NCBI GenBank assembly: GCA_963793865.1
Contig: CAWCBP010000011.1
Span: 32,001 to 96,000, forward strand
Reading direction: 5' to 3'
DNA length: 64,000 nt
Source: an uncultured delta proteobacterium
GTDB lineage: Bacteria; Desulfobacterota; WTBG01
Part shown: one piece after another, positions 53,317 through 62,881 of the stretch
How the letters are laid out: the number at the start of each line of letters is the position of its first letter
Numbering within the stretch: the first letter of the stretch is position 1
Made by a program: the position numbers and the translations under genes
Notes under the pieces: model-generated
The model's input: the letters and a program-made list of their open reading frames with translations, nothing else
What the model was told of the DNA's origin: nothing
Database searches by the model: none

Positions 53317-54102
53317 ATGGACCCGAGGATGCTTGAGATCGTGAGCACCAAGCCGGAGCTGGTTACCGCCCTGCCGCGCTGGATGTTCCCCGAGCCTCTA
53401 GAAAGGGAACTGCAAACAACAGAGGGCCTGGCCATGGGGGAGATTGCGGGAAGGGACAGCGTGGCGGCAGTGCTTGAGGCGGTGAAAGAGAAGAAGCTGA
53501 GGGCGCTGCTTCCCACCATTGCCTATACGGGCACCGAGTTCGGGGACTGGGCGCCGCTTTTTAAGAAGATTGAGCTGCTCGCTCGAGAGCTGGCCGGAAG
53601 GAGCGTAAAGGTATTTGATCCTGTGCTGCTGGGTGCGCCCCGGTGGTGGCGCCATCTCTGCGGCAGAGATGTGCCGTCTCTCTTCGAACGGTTCGGGTTT
53701 TATTCCCCCTGTGCCGGATGCCACCTCTATCTGCACGCCGTGAGGATACCCCTGGCCAGGAGAATCAACTGTAAGATCATAATCGGCGGTGAGAGAGAAT
53801 CTCACGCAGGTACAGTTAAAATCAACCAGACCGCCTCCGCCCTTGATGCCTATGCAGCTTTTGCCGGCTCATTCGGCATCGAGCTCTTTTTGCCTTTGCG
53901 GAAGATAAGCAGAGATGAAGACATTGCCTCCATCATCGGTCGTCAGCGGTGGGAAGCTGATGAACAGCTCGGATGCGTACTGAGCGGGAACTACCGGGAT
54001 GAAACAGGAAAGGTCGCCTGCCGGGAGGAAGACATTAAAAGATTTTTTAATGAATATGCCCTTGGAGAGGCAGAATGCCTGGTAAGGGAGGTTTTGCCTT
54101 AG
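53317..54102 (+). CDS. Hypothetical protein with PP-loop-like AGRDS and CxxCH motifs
   Basis: EIAGRDSVAA, PCAGCHLY, GGERESH, EQLGCVLSGNY; starts 3 nt after the apgM-like stop. Confidence 0.7.
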   Translation: MDPRMLEIVSTKPELVTALPRWMFPEPLERELQTTEGLAMGEIAGRDSVAAVLEAVKEKKLRALLPTIAYTGTEFGDWAPLFKKIELLARELAGRSVKVFDPVLLGAPRWWRHLCGRDVPSLFERFGFYSPCAGCHLYLHAVRIPLARRINCKIIIGGERESHAGTVKINQTASALDAYAAFAGSFGIELFLPLRKISRDEDIASIIGRQRWEADEQLGCVLSGNYRDETGKVACREEDIKRFFNEYALGEAECLVREVLP

Positions 54103-54120
54103 CATCCATGACCTAACGGC

Positions 54121-54402
54121 TTAATACCTCCGATATCCCCCTCTGGGCTTGCTCTTCTGCGGCTTTGCCTGATTGACTTTAATTGCCAGGCCCTTCATCT
54201 CTTTGCCATTAAGGCCGTTCATCGCCGCCTGCGCCTCCGCCCCGGAAGGCATCTCCACGAACCCAAAACCTTTTGACTCGCCGGTGTACTTGTCTTTGAT
54301 TATTTTTACCGAGGTGACTTCACCGAACGGTTCAAAAGCCTGCTGCAGTTCACTTTCGGAAACATTAAGCGCCAGATTGCCTACATAAAGATTCATCTCC
54401 AT
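54121..54402 (-). CDS. RRM-domain RNA-binding protein
   Basis: LYVGNL (RNP2), KGFGFVEM (RNP1), Gly/Arg tail. Confidence 0.95.
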   Translation of the reverse strand: MEMNLYVGNLALNVSESELQQAFEPFGEVTSVKIIKDKYTGESKGFGFVEMPSGAEAQAAMNGLNGKEMKGLAIKVNQAKPQKSKPRGGYRRY

Positions 54403-54830
54403 CTCCTTGCATGATGCGTTGTTGGTCCGGATTTCTTCGTGAATTCCCGCGGCGCCGGAGGCGACCGTCGGCTGTGCGGTATACAGTGAACAGGGTGCTG
54501 ACGATAAAATACTTTAATGACGGAAACACGCAATCATTTCAATAACACGACAATCAAAAAGAAGGGTAGGTGGTATCAAAATGAGGATCCAGGATGATTA
54601 GAAACATCCTGCGCTGCTCGCAGTCCCGGGAGGCAATCTGCCGTTTCGGGCGGGTACATCATCAAGATATGATTTTTAAAAACGTTTCTTAAGGGTATCT
54701 TCTATAATGGAAGTGCTCATTTGTCAATTAGTATTTGCATTATTGACTGATGCCTTTTTTACCGCCCCGGCCGGGCAGGCGCTTCGGGAGGTACGCATGA
54801 GGCCACTGCCGGCTGTTTTTGAAAGGGTGG

Positions 54831-56048
54831 TCAGTTCATCGCATCGTGCACCAGGTCAATGATATCGTAAATGCGGATCGGACTGTTGGAATTTTTAGCC
54901 GCGGTATCAAGATTCATTTCACAGAACGGACAGGCGGTGACAATCGCCTCGGCGCCCGTCCCGGCGGCGGACTCAACGGCAGCCCGGCCGATTGTTTCTG
55001 CAAGTATGCCTGACTCAAAAATCCGCATTCCCCCGCCGGCCCCGCAGCAGATGGTATTTTCCCGGGTGGCGGTTCTTTCCAGCAGGGTAACGCCCGGCAC
55101 GGAATTAAGAATTTCCCGCGGCGCATCATAGATGCCCAGATATCTGCCCAGATGGCAGGGATCGTGGTAGGCTGCCTTGAGCGAGGTTTTTTTCTTCAGG
55201 GCGAGTTTGTTTTCTTTCAGCAGCCGAGGCAACAATTCAACTATGTGTATCACGGCAGGTTCCAGTTTTTTTTCGGCCCCGGCATATTCCTTTTTGAGCA
55301 TGCTGGTACAGCCCGCGCAGAGGGTAACGATGGTTTTACAGCCGAGGCCGTTAAACAGGCTGATATTATCTTCCATCATGGCGCCGGCAAGGTCCAGGTC
55401 GCCGATTCTTTTCTGCACGCTGCCGCAGCAGGGTTCATCCTTTCCCAGAACGGCAAAGTCAACGCCCGCCTTTTGCAGAATCAGCGCCGCTTTTTTTGCC
55501 CGTCCGGACAGGGCCTGGCTGGACGCCATGGTGCAGCCGACAAAGAGGAGCACGGGTGCGGGTTCTTTCCCTGCCTGCTTGAGCCCCATCCCGTGCGCCC
55601 ACTTGTCCCTGGCCGCCCGGGGAAGCCCCCAGGGATTGTTATACCGGCGGGTCGCGTTCAACACGGTCTGGTATGCGGGGTCGATCCACTCGGGATGATT
55701 CCGCAAAAAATCGGCCCGCATGGCCTGAACAATTCCGGTGGTGTCAACCAGCGCTTCGCCCGTGTCCCCGTTGAGACTGCCGCACTGGGTCATGCAATTG
55801 CTGCAGAGGGTGCAGCTGAACAGAACTTCGGCAAGTTCCCTGGAAGGCTCTATCCTGCCTTCCAGCAGGCCTTGCGCGATGACCGTCTTGCCCCGGGCGT
55901 AAAAATGGTCAAAGCCCGGGGTTGAGTCCCTGACCGGGCAGATGTAGGGTACGGAGGCGGTCACCTTGTTGCCGCACATGCCGCATCTGCGGCAGCTGTA
56001 CAGCGTCCGGCTGACTTTCTTGAGATTATTCATCTTCTCTTTGCCCAT
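54831..56048 (-). CDS. Fe-S oxidoreductase with CCG domains (GlcF/HdrD-like)
   Basis: CRRCGMC, CTLCSNCMTQC, EPCCG, YHDPCHLGR, CCGAGGG, TACPFC. Confidence 0.9.
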   Translation of the reverse strand: MGKEKMNNLKKVSRTLYSCRRCGMCGNKVTASVPYICPVRDSTPGFDHFYARGKTVIAQGLLEGRIEPSRELAEVLFSCTLCSNCMTQCGSLNGDTGEALVDTTGIVQAMRADFLRNHPEWIDPAYQTVLNATRRYNNPWGLPRAARDKWAHGMGLKQAGKEPAPVLLFVGCTMASSQALSGRAKKAALILQKAGVDFAVLGKDEPCCGSVQKRIGDLDLAGAMMEDNISLFNGLGCKTIVTLCAGCTSMLKKEYAGAEKKLEPAVIHIVELLPRLLKENKLALKKKTSLKAAYHDPCHLGRYLGIYDAPREILNSVPGVTLLERTATRENTICCGAGGGMRIFESGILAETIGRAAVESAAGTGAEAIVTACPFCEMNLDTAAKNSNSPIRIYDIIDLVHDAMN

Positions 56049-56083
56049 TGCCGTCTTATCTTCTCTTCCTTGAGGTCAGCCAG

Positions 56084-56210
56084 CAGGCTGTTGAAAAACA
56101 CCCATCCCCTGCATTACACGCTTATCCTTCGTCATTGCAGCGTACCGGAAAGTACGCCTCATTCCTCATGATTCCGCGTGCCTTGCATCTGGATGTTTTT
56201 AACCAGCCTG
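56084..56210. mobile_element. Short non-autonomous element (MITE-like) with CAGGCTGTTGAAAAA inverted ends
   Basis: caggctgttgaaaaaca ... tgtttttaaccagcctg with internal hairpins, between two co-oriented genes. Confidence 0.6.
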
Positions 56211-56231
56211 AAAGAAAAAACTTTTTCAGCA

Positions 56232-57668
56232 CTACAGCCAGAGGCCGGGATTCAAAATGCCGTGCGGATCAAGTGTGCTCTTAATGGTCTTGTATAAAGA
56301 CCTGAAACCCGGTGACCAGTAGGCGGCGTTCAGGTTGCTCATGACGCCCTGGTTGTAGACATCAATGAAACCGAGCTCGTGGGTATATTGCTGAAAGTCG
56401 TAAATCATGGTTCGGATAAAGTTCTCCAGTTCGGGATCATCGGAATCCCTGAAAAACGCGTCCACCTCTCCGCTCAGGTAACACTGGTCGGCCGGCGTAA
56501 AAAACTCAAACCGGGCCACGCATTGGAACCCCTGTCGCGTTGCCTCCTCGACCCGCTTCTCTCTCCACTCGATGAGCCGAGGGTACACATCCTGAAAGCC
56601 GGCCCGGGGCATGTTAAAGGGAAGCCATGCTGCCCGGCCCAGGCCGTTGAAAAAGCCGAGGCCGAACATCTCCATGCCTCCCTCGCCTTCACCTGAACGG
56701 GACATGGCTTCCGACATGGCGTTCAGTGCCGGGTTCCGCCCCGCGTTCATGTCCGCCGCCAGTGCGTCGAAGGCATCGCGCTTGGCCTCCATCTCCGGGA
56801 TGGTATGTCCCTGCATGATGGCCAGCGCGGTGAATTTTCCCCCGGTACCGGCGCCGGGCATAAAGATTTCCATGGCTGCCGGACCAAAGACCAGCAGGGG
56901 ATCAAACGGATGAGGTGAAACACGCTTGACATGGCGTAGAATTAGTTCCAGTGCATCTTCAAGTGTGCCCAGTTCGACAATGGATGCCCGGGTAATCCGC
57001 GGGAGGCCCAGCAGCCGTATCGTTGCCTCGGTTTTAATGCCGAACGACCCGCCGTCGCCGATGAAAAGCCCGGTGAAGTCAGGCCCGCCGAGGCTGCGAT
57101 TATAATAAAGCGGCTGATGGATGTTGGTGCCCGGTCCCCCGCCCGTTTTTACGATGGTGCCGTCAGGAAGCACTACGGTCACGCTCATTATTTCCGCCGA
57201 TATGCCCGCGCCCCCTGCGGCTCCCGACATCCAGCCGCCCAAGGAAACCGTGTGCACGGGGGCAGAGGGCGTGAAAATAAAGAAGCCGGCCTGATTGCAG
57301 GCATGCTGAAGCTTGCCCATCATAATTCCTGCCTGGGTGGTAACCGTCAGGTTCTTGGGATTGAGATCCAGGATCCTGTTCATCCGGGTCATGTCAATCA
57401 GCAGGTTGGATCCGGGGATGCCTTTGGGCTGTCCATAAATGCTCGATCCGCCGCCCCGGACCACAACCGGGATACGGTGCTGATGGGCCAGCGCCATAAT
57501 TTTAGAAACTTCTTCAGTCGAACCGGGGCGCACCACGGTTTCAGCCTGCGTGCCGCCAAATACGCTGGTGTCCCGGGTATAAGCAAAGGTGGCATAATGG
57601 CCGGTGGTTACAAACTTTTCGCCCGCAATTTCCTGTAATCCCCGAAGGATTTCTTCAGAATGCGCCAT
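56232..57668 (-). CDS. FAD-binding oxidoreductase (GlcD/D-lactate dehydrogenase family)
   Basis: VVRPGSTEEV, RGGGS, DMTRMNRI, GSFGIKTE, LDPHGILNPG. Confidence 0.9.
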   Translation of the reverse strand: MAHSEEILRGLQEIAGEKFVTTGHYATFAYTRDTSVFGGTQAETVVRPGSTEEVSKIMALAHQHRIPVVVRGGGSSIYGQPKGIPGSNLLIDMTRMNRILDLNPKNLTVTTQAGIMMGKLQHACNQAGFFIFTPSAPVHTVSLGGWMSGAAGGAGISAEIMSVTVVLPDGTIVKTGGGPGTNIHQPLYYNRSLGGPDFTGLFIGDGGSFGIKTEATIRLLGLPRITRASIVELGTLEDALELILRHVKRVSPHPFDPLLVFGPAAMEIFMPGAGTGGKFTALAIMQGHTIPEMEAKRDAFDALAADMNAGRNPALNAMSEAMSRSGEGEGGMEMFGLGFFNGLGRAAWLPFNMPRAGFQDVYPRLIEWREKRVEEATRQGFQCVARFEFFTPADQCYLSGEVDAFFRDSDDPELENFIRTMIYDFQQYTHELGFIDVYNQGVMSNLNAAYWSPGFRSLYKTIKSTLDPHGILNPGLWL

Positions 57669-58022
57669 TATTTATCACCAATAAATATTCTATTATATCA
57701 ATTAATTATAGATGAACAGTGATAATTTGCTTTACGTTGTAATGCTTGCCTGGGTTGGGGGGGAAATAAAAAGGCTTGATACAATCCCCCAGTCACAAAA
57801 GGTGCATTTTTCCTCCGCAGAACCATTATGATATGGAAGAGATCTATGGTTGGAGATCAAACTGTATAAGAAGGGCAGAGCTATGTCAAGTAATTGCTTT
57901 GAGGTTGTGAGATAGACGCCCATATCCTCGATCATAACCGGGCAGAGAAAAGAAAATCGTTTCTGGCTATTCTATTTCTTTGGGGAGAATGCGAATACTG
58001 TTGGCGTGTCTGAAAATGCGGA

Positions 58023-58893
58023 TCAGGGCCGGTGATTTCCGTTGGAATAGCTGTTTTTGTTTCCCCTCAGGTGAAGTCCGGTGAGCGTTTCCGCAAGATA
58101 TGAGAAGGCTTCATCCGGGTCATTGCTGAAGTGGATCAGGGCGAGGTCCTCAGAGTTCTATAGCGCCTTTACGCACCAGCGCGTCGAAATTGATAACCTC
58201 ATTCCAGTAATCAGTCCCATAGACCACCACCGGCATGGGTTTGCGCGATCTCCTGGTTTGAATCAGGGTGAGCACCTCAAACAACTCATCCAGGGTGCCG
58301 AACCCGCCCGGGAAAATTATCAAAGCCTTGGCCAGGTACACGAACCAGAACTTGCGCATAAAGAAATAGTGAAACTCAAAACCGAGGTCGTTGGTGACAT
58401 AGGGATTGGGAGATTGCTCCAGGGGAAGGGTGATGTTAAGGCCGATGGATTGACCGTTTGCCTCGCTTGCCCCGCGGTTTGCGGCCTCCATGATTCCCGG
58501 ACCGCCGCCGGTGCAGATGATGAAGCGCTTCTGGCCTTTTCCGAGTCCCTTGGACCACTCGGTGAGCTTGCGGGACAGGATGACGGCCTCATCGTAGTAG
58601 CGTGACAAGGCAAATTCTTGCTCAAGCTTTGCGAAGGATTCCCGGATTTCTTCGGATGTATGGCCTGAACCGTGCTGAAGCTGTTCCATGTCATATTTGA
58701 CAGCGGCTGAAGAGCGGAAGCGGGCGGAACCGAAAAACACAATGGTATCAGCGATGCCGTGGGTCCGGAAGCGGGTGAGCGGTTCAAGATATTCGGCCAT
58801 GATGCGTATCAGACGAGCATCGGGGCTGTTGAGAAATTTCTGGTTTTTATAGGCCTTGATTGCCTTCATTCCGGAACCGGAGCCATTGGCCAT
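58023..58893 (-). CDS. LOG family protein (TIGR00730-like), apparent frameshift near 58155
   Basis: FFGSAR, TGGGPGIMEAAN, FFMRKFWF, PGGFGTLDELFE; C-terminus EDLALIHFSNDPDEAF in shifted frame. Confidence 0.9.
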
Positions 58894-59024
58894 GCAGTCT
58901 CCTTAAACCGCCTTCTTTTATTCGGACACTATCTCGTCGGCACATCCTGCTTTCGAGCTTAGCATAAAAAAATGCGAACCCGGCGAAGAAAGCTCGCCGG
59001 GGGAATCGGGTTGGGGGCAGCGCG

Positions 59025-59918
59025 CTATCGGGATGAGGCCAGAAATTGCAGCAGCGCTTCACACAGCGGCGAGGGGGTTTGCTTCCTGTCCCGGATGATA
59101 AAGAAGGTGCGGGGGAAGCGCACTTTCCGTATGGAAATTTTTTTTAATGTCCCGAGACCGAGTTCCTCCTCGACGGCGCGGGCTGAAATGAGGGATATGC
59201 CCAGCCGCGCCTTTATTGCCTGCTTGACCGCGGTGGTGCTTCCCACCTCGGCTACGATGTTTAAATTATCCGCGGTGATGCCCTGCTCATGCAGGAGCTT
59301 TTCCATGCTGATGCGGGTTCCTGATCCCGCCTCCCTCATGATGAACGGTTCGTCATGCAATTCATGAAGGGCAATGGATGCCCGCTTCCACCAGCGGTGC
59401 CCCCGCGGCACCGCCAGTATCAGCTCGTCCTCCACAAAGGGCGTGAACTGCACGCGGGGATTTGCCAGCTTTGCCCCGACGATGCCCAGCTCTATTTTTC
59501 TGGCAAGCAGCGCCTCAATGATGTTCTCCGTATCACCGATGCGAATGGTAATCCGTATGGCGGGATAGAGGGTTTTGAATTTTTCCAGTTGCCGGGGCAG
59601 GATGTATTCACCCGGGATGGTGCTCGCCCCCAGGACCAGCTGCCCGCTCTTTTTGCCCAGGAACAGGTCAACCGCCTGCTGCGCCTTCCCCCGCAAGGCG
59701 GTGATCTGCTTCGCGTAGCCGTACAGCACCTCGCCGGCCCTGGTCAAGGCCACCTCCTTTCCCAATCGGTCAAAAAGCCTGGTGCCGAGGTAGTTTTCAA
59801 GCGCGCATATGTGCTGGCTGACCGTTGGCTGGGTGAGGCACATTCGCTGGGCGGCCTTGGAGAAGCTTTTCAGTTCCGCAACCTGCACGAAAATTTCACA
59901 CTGGTGGATGTCGAGCAT
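59025..59918 (-). CDS. LysR-family regulator (CysL-like)
   Basis: SFSKAA..LTQPTVSQHI..LE, GASTIPGEYILP, REAGSGTR. Confidence 0.93.
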   Translation of the reverse strand: MLDIHQCEIFVQVAELKSFSKAAQRMCLTQPTVSQHICALENYLGTRLFDRLGKEVALTRAGEVLYGYAKQITALRGKAQQAVDLFLGKKSGQLVLGASTIPGEYILPRQLEKFKTLYPAIRITIRIGDTENIIEALLARKIELGIVGAKLANPRVQFTPFVEDELILAVPRGHRWWKRASIALHELHDEPFIMREAGSGTRISMEKLLHEQGITADNLNIVAEVGSTTAVKQAIKARLGISLISARAVEEELGLGTLKKISIRKVRFPRTFFIIRDRKQTPSPLCEALLQFLASSR

Positions 59919-60105
59919 GGCCGACAATACATCCCCTGTACGGTTTTTTTGGATGAACTCTATTGAAAGTAATGAGTTAAGTCAAGTGATTAAAACAAAT
60001 GCCGGCATGGTGAGGAGCGGTCGGGCAGTGTTGGGGCAGGGGACTGCATCAATAAAAAATTAGCTAAATAAATCTTGACAGGGAAATAGTGCTGTGCTAG
60101 GTATC

Positions 60106-60123
60106 TGAATGAACCATCATTCA
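60106..60123. promoter_or_regulatory. FadR/YsiA-type operator TGAATGA-ACCA-TCATTCA
   Basis: 7-4-7 palindrome downstream of TTGACA (60075-60080), upstream of the TetR gene. Confidence 0.8.
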
Positions 60124-60164
60124 TTTTTTGTCTGTTTTAAATTTTTATTTATAATCGAAGCGTT

Positions 60165-60776
60165 ATGAAGAATAACCATGCGCGCGGTGAGGACAAACAC
60201 CAGCGAATCATAGCAGCAGCGCTGAAAGTATTTGCCAGGAAAGGTTTCTTTAATTCCAAGGTTTCTGAGATTGCTCAGGAAGCGGGTGTTGCTGACGGCA
60301 CCATCTACCTTTATTTTAAGAACAAGGATGATATTCTCATTTCTGTTTTTGAAACAGAAATGAAGGCAATGATCAGCACCATGAAAAAAGAGCTGAGCAA
60401 GTGCCATGACCCCCTGGAAAAAATAAAAATGTTTGCCTTTCAGCATCTCAATATGATAACAGAAAACCAGGAGTGGGCAGAGGTGGCGCAGGTTGAATTG
60501 AGACAGAGCAGCAAGTTCATGCGGGAATATGTGAAGGATAACTTTGCCGCGTACCTCGATATATTTGCCGCCATTATCCGCGAGGGCCAGGAAAAGGGGG
60601 TTATTAAAGCAAGCATCAATACCGGAATTGCCAAGAGGGCCTTTTTCGGCGCGCTGGATGAAATGGGCAGGTACTGGGTTCTTTCCCGGGCACGGCGGTA
60701 CACCATTGAAGAATCGGCAAAGCAGATAAGCGATTTTTTTTTAAACGGTGTTATCAATAAAGAAGGGGCACAATAA
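60165..60776 (+). CDS. fadR: TetR-family fatty acid degradation regulator (Bacillus FadR/YsiA-like)
   Basis: IAQEAGVADGTIYLYFKNKDDILIS and QVELRQS motifs; upstream of etfBA. Confidence 0.8.
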   Translation: MKNNHARGEDKHQRIIAAALKVFARKGFFNSKVSEIAQEAGVADGTIYLYFKNKDDILISVFETEMKAMISTMKKELSKCHDPLEKIKMFAFQHLNMITENQEWAEVAQVELRQSSKFMREYVKDNFAAYLDIFAAIIREGQEKGVIKASINTGIAKRAFFGALDEMGRYWVLSRARRYTIEESAKQISDFFLNGVINKEGAQ

Positions 60777-60802
60777 TAATCAGGTGATGAGGAGGTTTGG
60801 TA

Positions 60803-61597
60803 ATGGACATTATCGTTTGCATGAAGCAGGTCCCCGATTCCGAGGCCCAGATCAGGGTCAGGCCCGACGGGAAGGGCATTGTCGACAGCGATATTAAATT
60901 CGTCATGAATCCCTACGACGAGTACGCGGTTGAGGAGGCGCTTAAACTGAAGGAAAAATTCGGCGGGAGTGTTACCCTCATCTGTCTCGGACCGCAGCGC
61001 GCGGTTGATGCCATCAGGACGGGACTGGCAATGGGCGCCGACAAGGCAGTCCACCTTGATGACCCCGCGTTTGAAGGCGGGGACGCCATCAGCATCGCCA
61101 AGGCCCTGGCCGCGGTCATAAAGGGGCTGCCCCATGATCTTATCTTCTGCGGAAAGCAGGCCATTGATGATGACTCGGCAACGGTCGGGCCGGCCCTCGC
61201 CGAAATCCTCGGCATCCCCCAGGTGGTCCTGGTAATGAAGGTTGAAGTTTCAGAAGATAAGAAGTCGGCAAAAGTGAACCGTCAGATCCTCGGCGGCGAG
61301 GAGGTGTTGCAGGTTCCCCTGCCGGCGGTGCTGACGGCTCAGAAGGGCTTGAACGAACCGCGTTACGCCTCGCTTCCCGGCATCATGAAGGCCAAGAAAA
61401 AAGAGATAAAATCAATGAAGGTCGCGGACCTGGGAATCGGCGCTGACAGCATCGGGGCGGCCGGCGCGCGAACCAGGATTCTGCACATGTCCGCACCGCC
61501 CCAGCGGCAGGCAGGTAAAATTATCCCCGGCGAAACCCCCGAAGAAAAGGCCCCGGTCCTGGCGAAACTGCTGAGGGAAGAGGCTAAAATAATCTGA
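60803..61597 (+). CDS. etfB: Electron transfer flavoprotein beta subunit
   Basis: KQVPD, NPYDEYAVEEA, GKQAIDDD, NEPRYASL. Confidence 0.96.
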   Translation: MDIIVCMKQVPDSEAQIRVRPDGKGIVDSDIKFVMNPYDEYAVEEALKLKEKFGGSVTLICLGPQRAVDAIRTGLAMGADKAVHLDDPAFEGGDAISIAKALAAVIKGLPHDLIFCGKQAIDDDSATVGPALAEILGIPQVVLVMKVEVSEDKKSAKVNRQILGGEEVLQVPLPAVLTAQKGLNEPRYASLPGIMKAKKKEIKSMKVADLGIGADSIGAAGARTRILHMSAPPQRQAGKIIPGETPEEKAPVLAKLLREEAKII

Positions 61598-61629
61598 TTA
61601 CTTCCGTTTTATGCTGAAAGGAGCACGAT

Positions 61630-62622
61630 ATGGCAAAAGGAATCTGGATTTTTGCGGAACGAACTGATGGAACGCTGAGGAAGGTAAGCTTCGAGATGTT
61701 AAGCGAGACCAGGAAAATGGCCGATACGCTGGGCGAAGAGCTCTGCGTGGTTGTTCTCGGTGAAGGGGTTGAGGCGGCAACAAAGGATTGCGGCCCTTAC
61801 GGGGCGGACAAGGTGTATGCGGTTGAAAGCCCCCTGCTCAAGGACTATACCACGGAGGCCTATGCCAAGGCACTGGTGGATCTGGTCAAGCAGCACCAGC
61901 CCTCGATTCTGCTGGGAGGCGCGACGGTCATCGGCAAAGACCTCTTTCCCCGGGTTGCCGCCCGGCTGGACACGGGCCTGGCCGTGGACTGCACGGAGAT
62001 TAAGCTGGGAGAGGGCAACCAGTTTGTGGCCACACGGCCGATGTGCGCCGGCAAGGTGTACGCCGATATCGCTTTTTCTGAGGCGACTCCGAAGATGGCC
62101 ACCGTCCGTCCCAACGTTCTCATCCCCGCTCAGCCCGACGCGTCGCGCACAGCAGAGGTGATAAAGGTTGCCCCGGCGCTCTCCCCTGATGATATCAAGT
62201 GCAAGGTGGTGGAGCAGCTTAAAGTGGCGGGAGAGAAAGTTGACCTGACGGAAGCTGAAATCATCATCTCCGGCGGCCGCGGTATGAAGGGCCCCGAGAG
62301 CTTTGCCCTGCTGGAAGAAATGGCGGCGGTGCTGAACGCAACCGTCGGCGCCTCCAGGGCGGCGGTTGACGCCGGCTGGAGACCGCAGTCGGACCAGGTG
62401 GGACAGACGGGCAAGGTGGTTTCTCCCAACCTGTACATTGCCTGCGGCATTTCGGGTGCCATTCAGCACTTCGCGGGAATGGGCACATCCAAGTATATTG
62501 TGGCCATCAACAAGGATCCCGAAGCCGTGATCTTCGGCAAGTGTGACTACGGGATCTGCGATGACCTGTTCAAGGTTATGCCCGCACTGACGGAAGAAAT
62601 TAAGAAGATACGGAAAGAATAG
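61630..62622 (+). CDS. etfA: Electron transfer flavoprotein alpha subunit
   Basis: [30 protein letters not shown]. Confidence 0.97.
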   Translation: MAKGIWIFAERTDGTLRKVSFEMLSETRKMADTLGEELCVVVLGEGVEAATKDCGPYGADKVYAVESPLLKDYTTEAYAKALVDLVKQHQPSILLGGATVIGKDLFPRVAARLDTGLAVDCTEIKLGEGNQFVATRPMCAGKVYADIAFSEATPKMATVRPNVLIPAQPDASRTAEVIKVAPALSPDDIKCKVVEQLKVAGEKVDLTEAEIIISGGRGMKGPESFALLEEMAAVLNATVGASRAAVDAGWRPQSDQVGQTGKVVSPNLYIACGISGAIQHFAGMGTSKYIVAINKDPEAVIFGKCDYGICDDLFKVMPALTEEIKKIRKE

Positions 62623-62717
62623 TGCCCGATGGGTTTCGTGCTGCCGCGTGTTTTTCTTGCGGCAGCATGGTATCGCGTGCATCGGCTGCCTTTCAGGTGT
62701 ATAGGGAAACGCCGCAG

Positions 62718-62743
62718 CATCCCTCTCCCGCGGGAGAGGGATG
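62718..62743. repeat. Perfect palindrome CATCCCTCTCCCGCGGGAGAGGGATG
   Basis: 26-bp palindrome in the etfA downstream spacer. Confidence 0.6.
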
Positions 62744-62881
62744 GCTGAGCAGGGTGTGATGCATGTGCCGGATGCCGGCTCATCGCCGCTCTGCGGGCGC
62801 TTTGTGGTTGTTGTTTTTTTGTTTTCATTCATGGCAGCAAAGCGCCATTGTGATCTGGTCCAACACTGAAAAGGGTATAGA

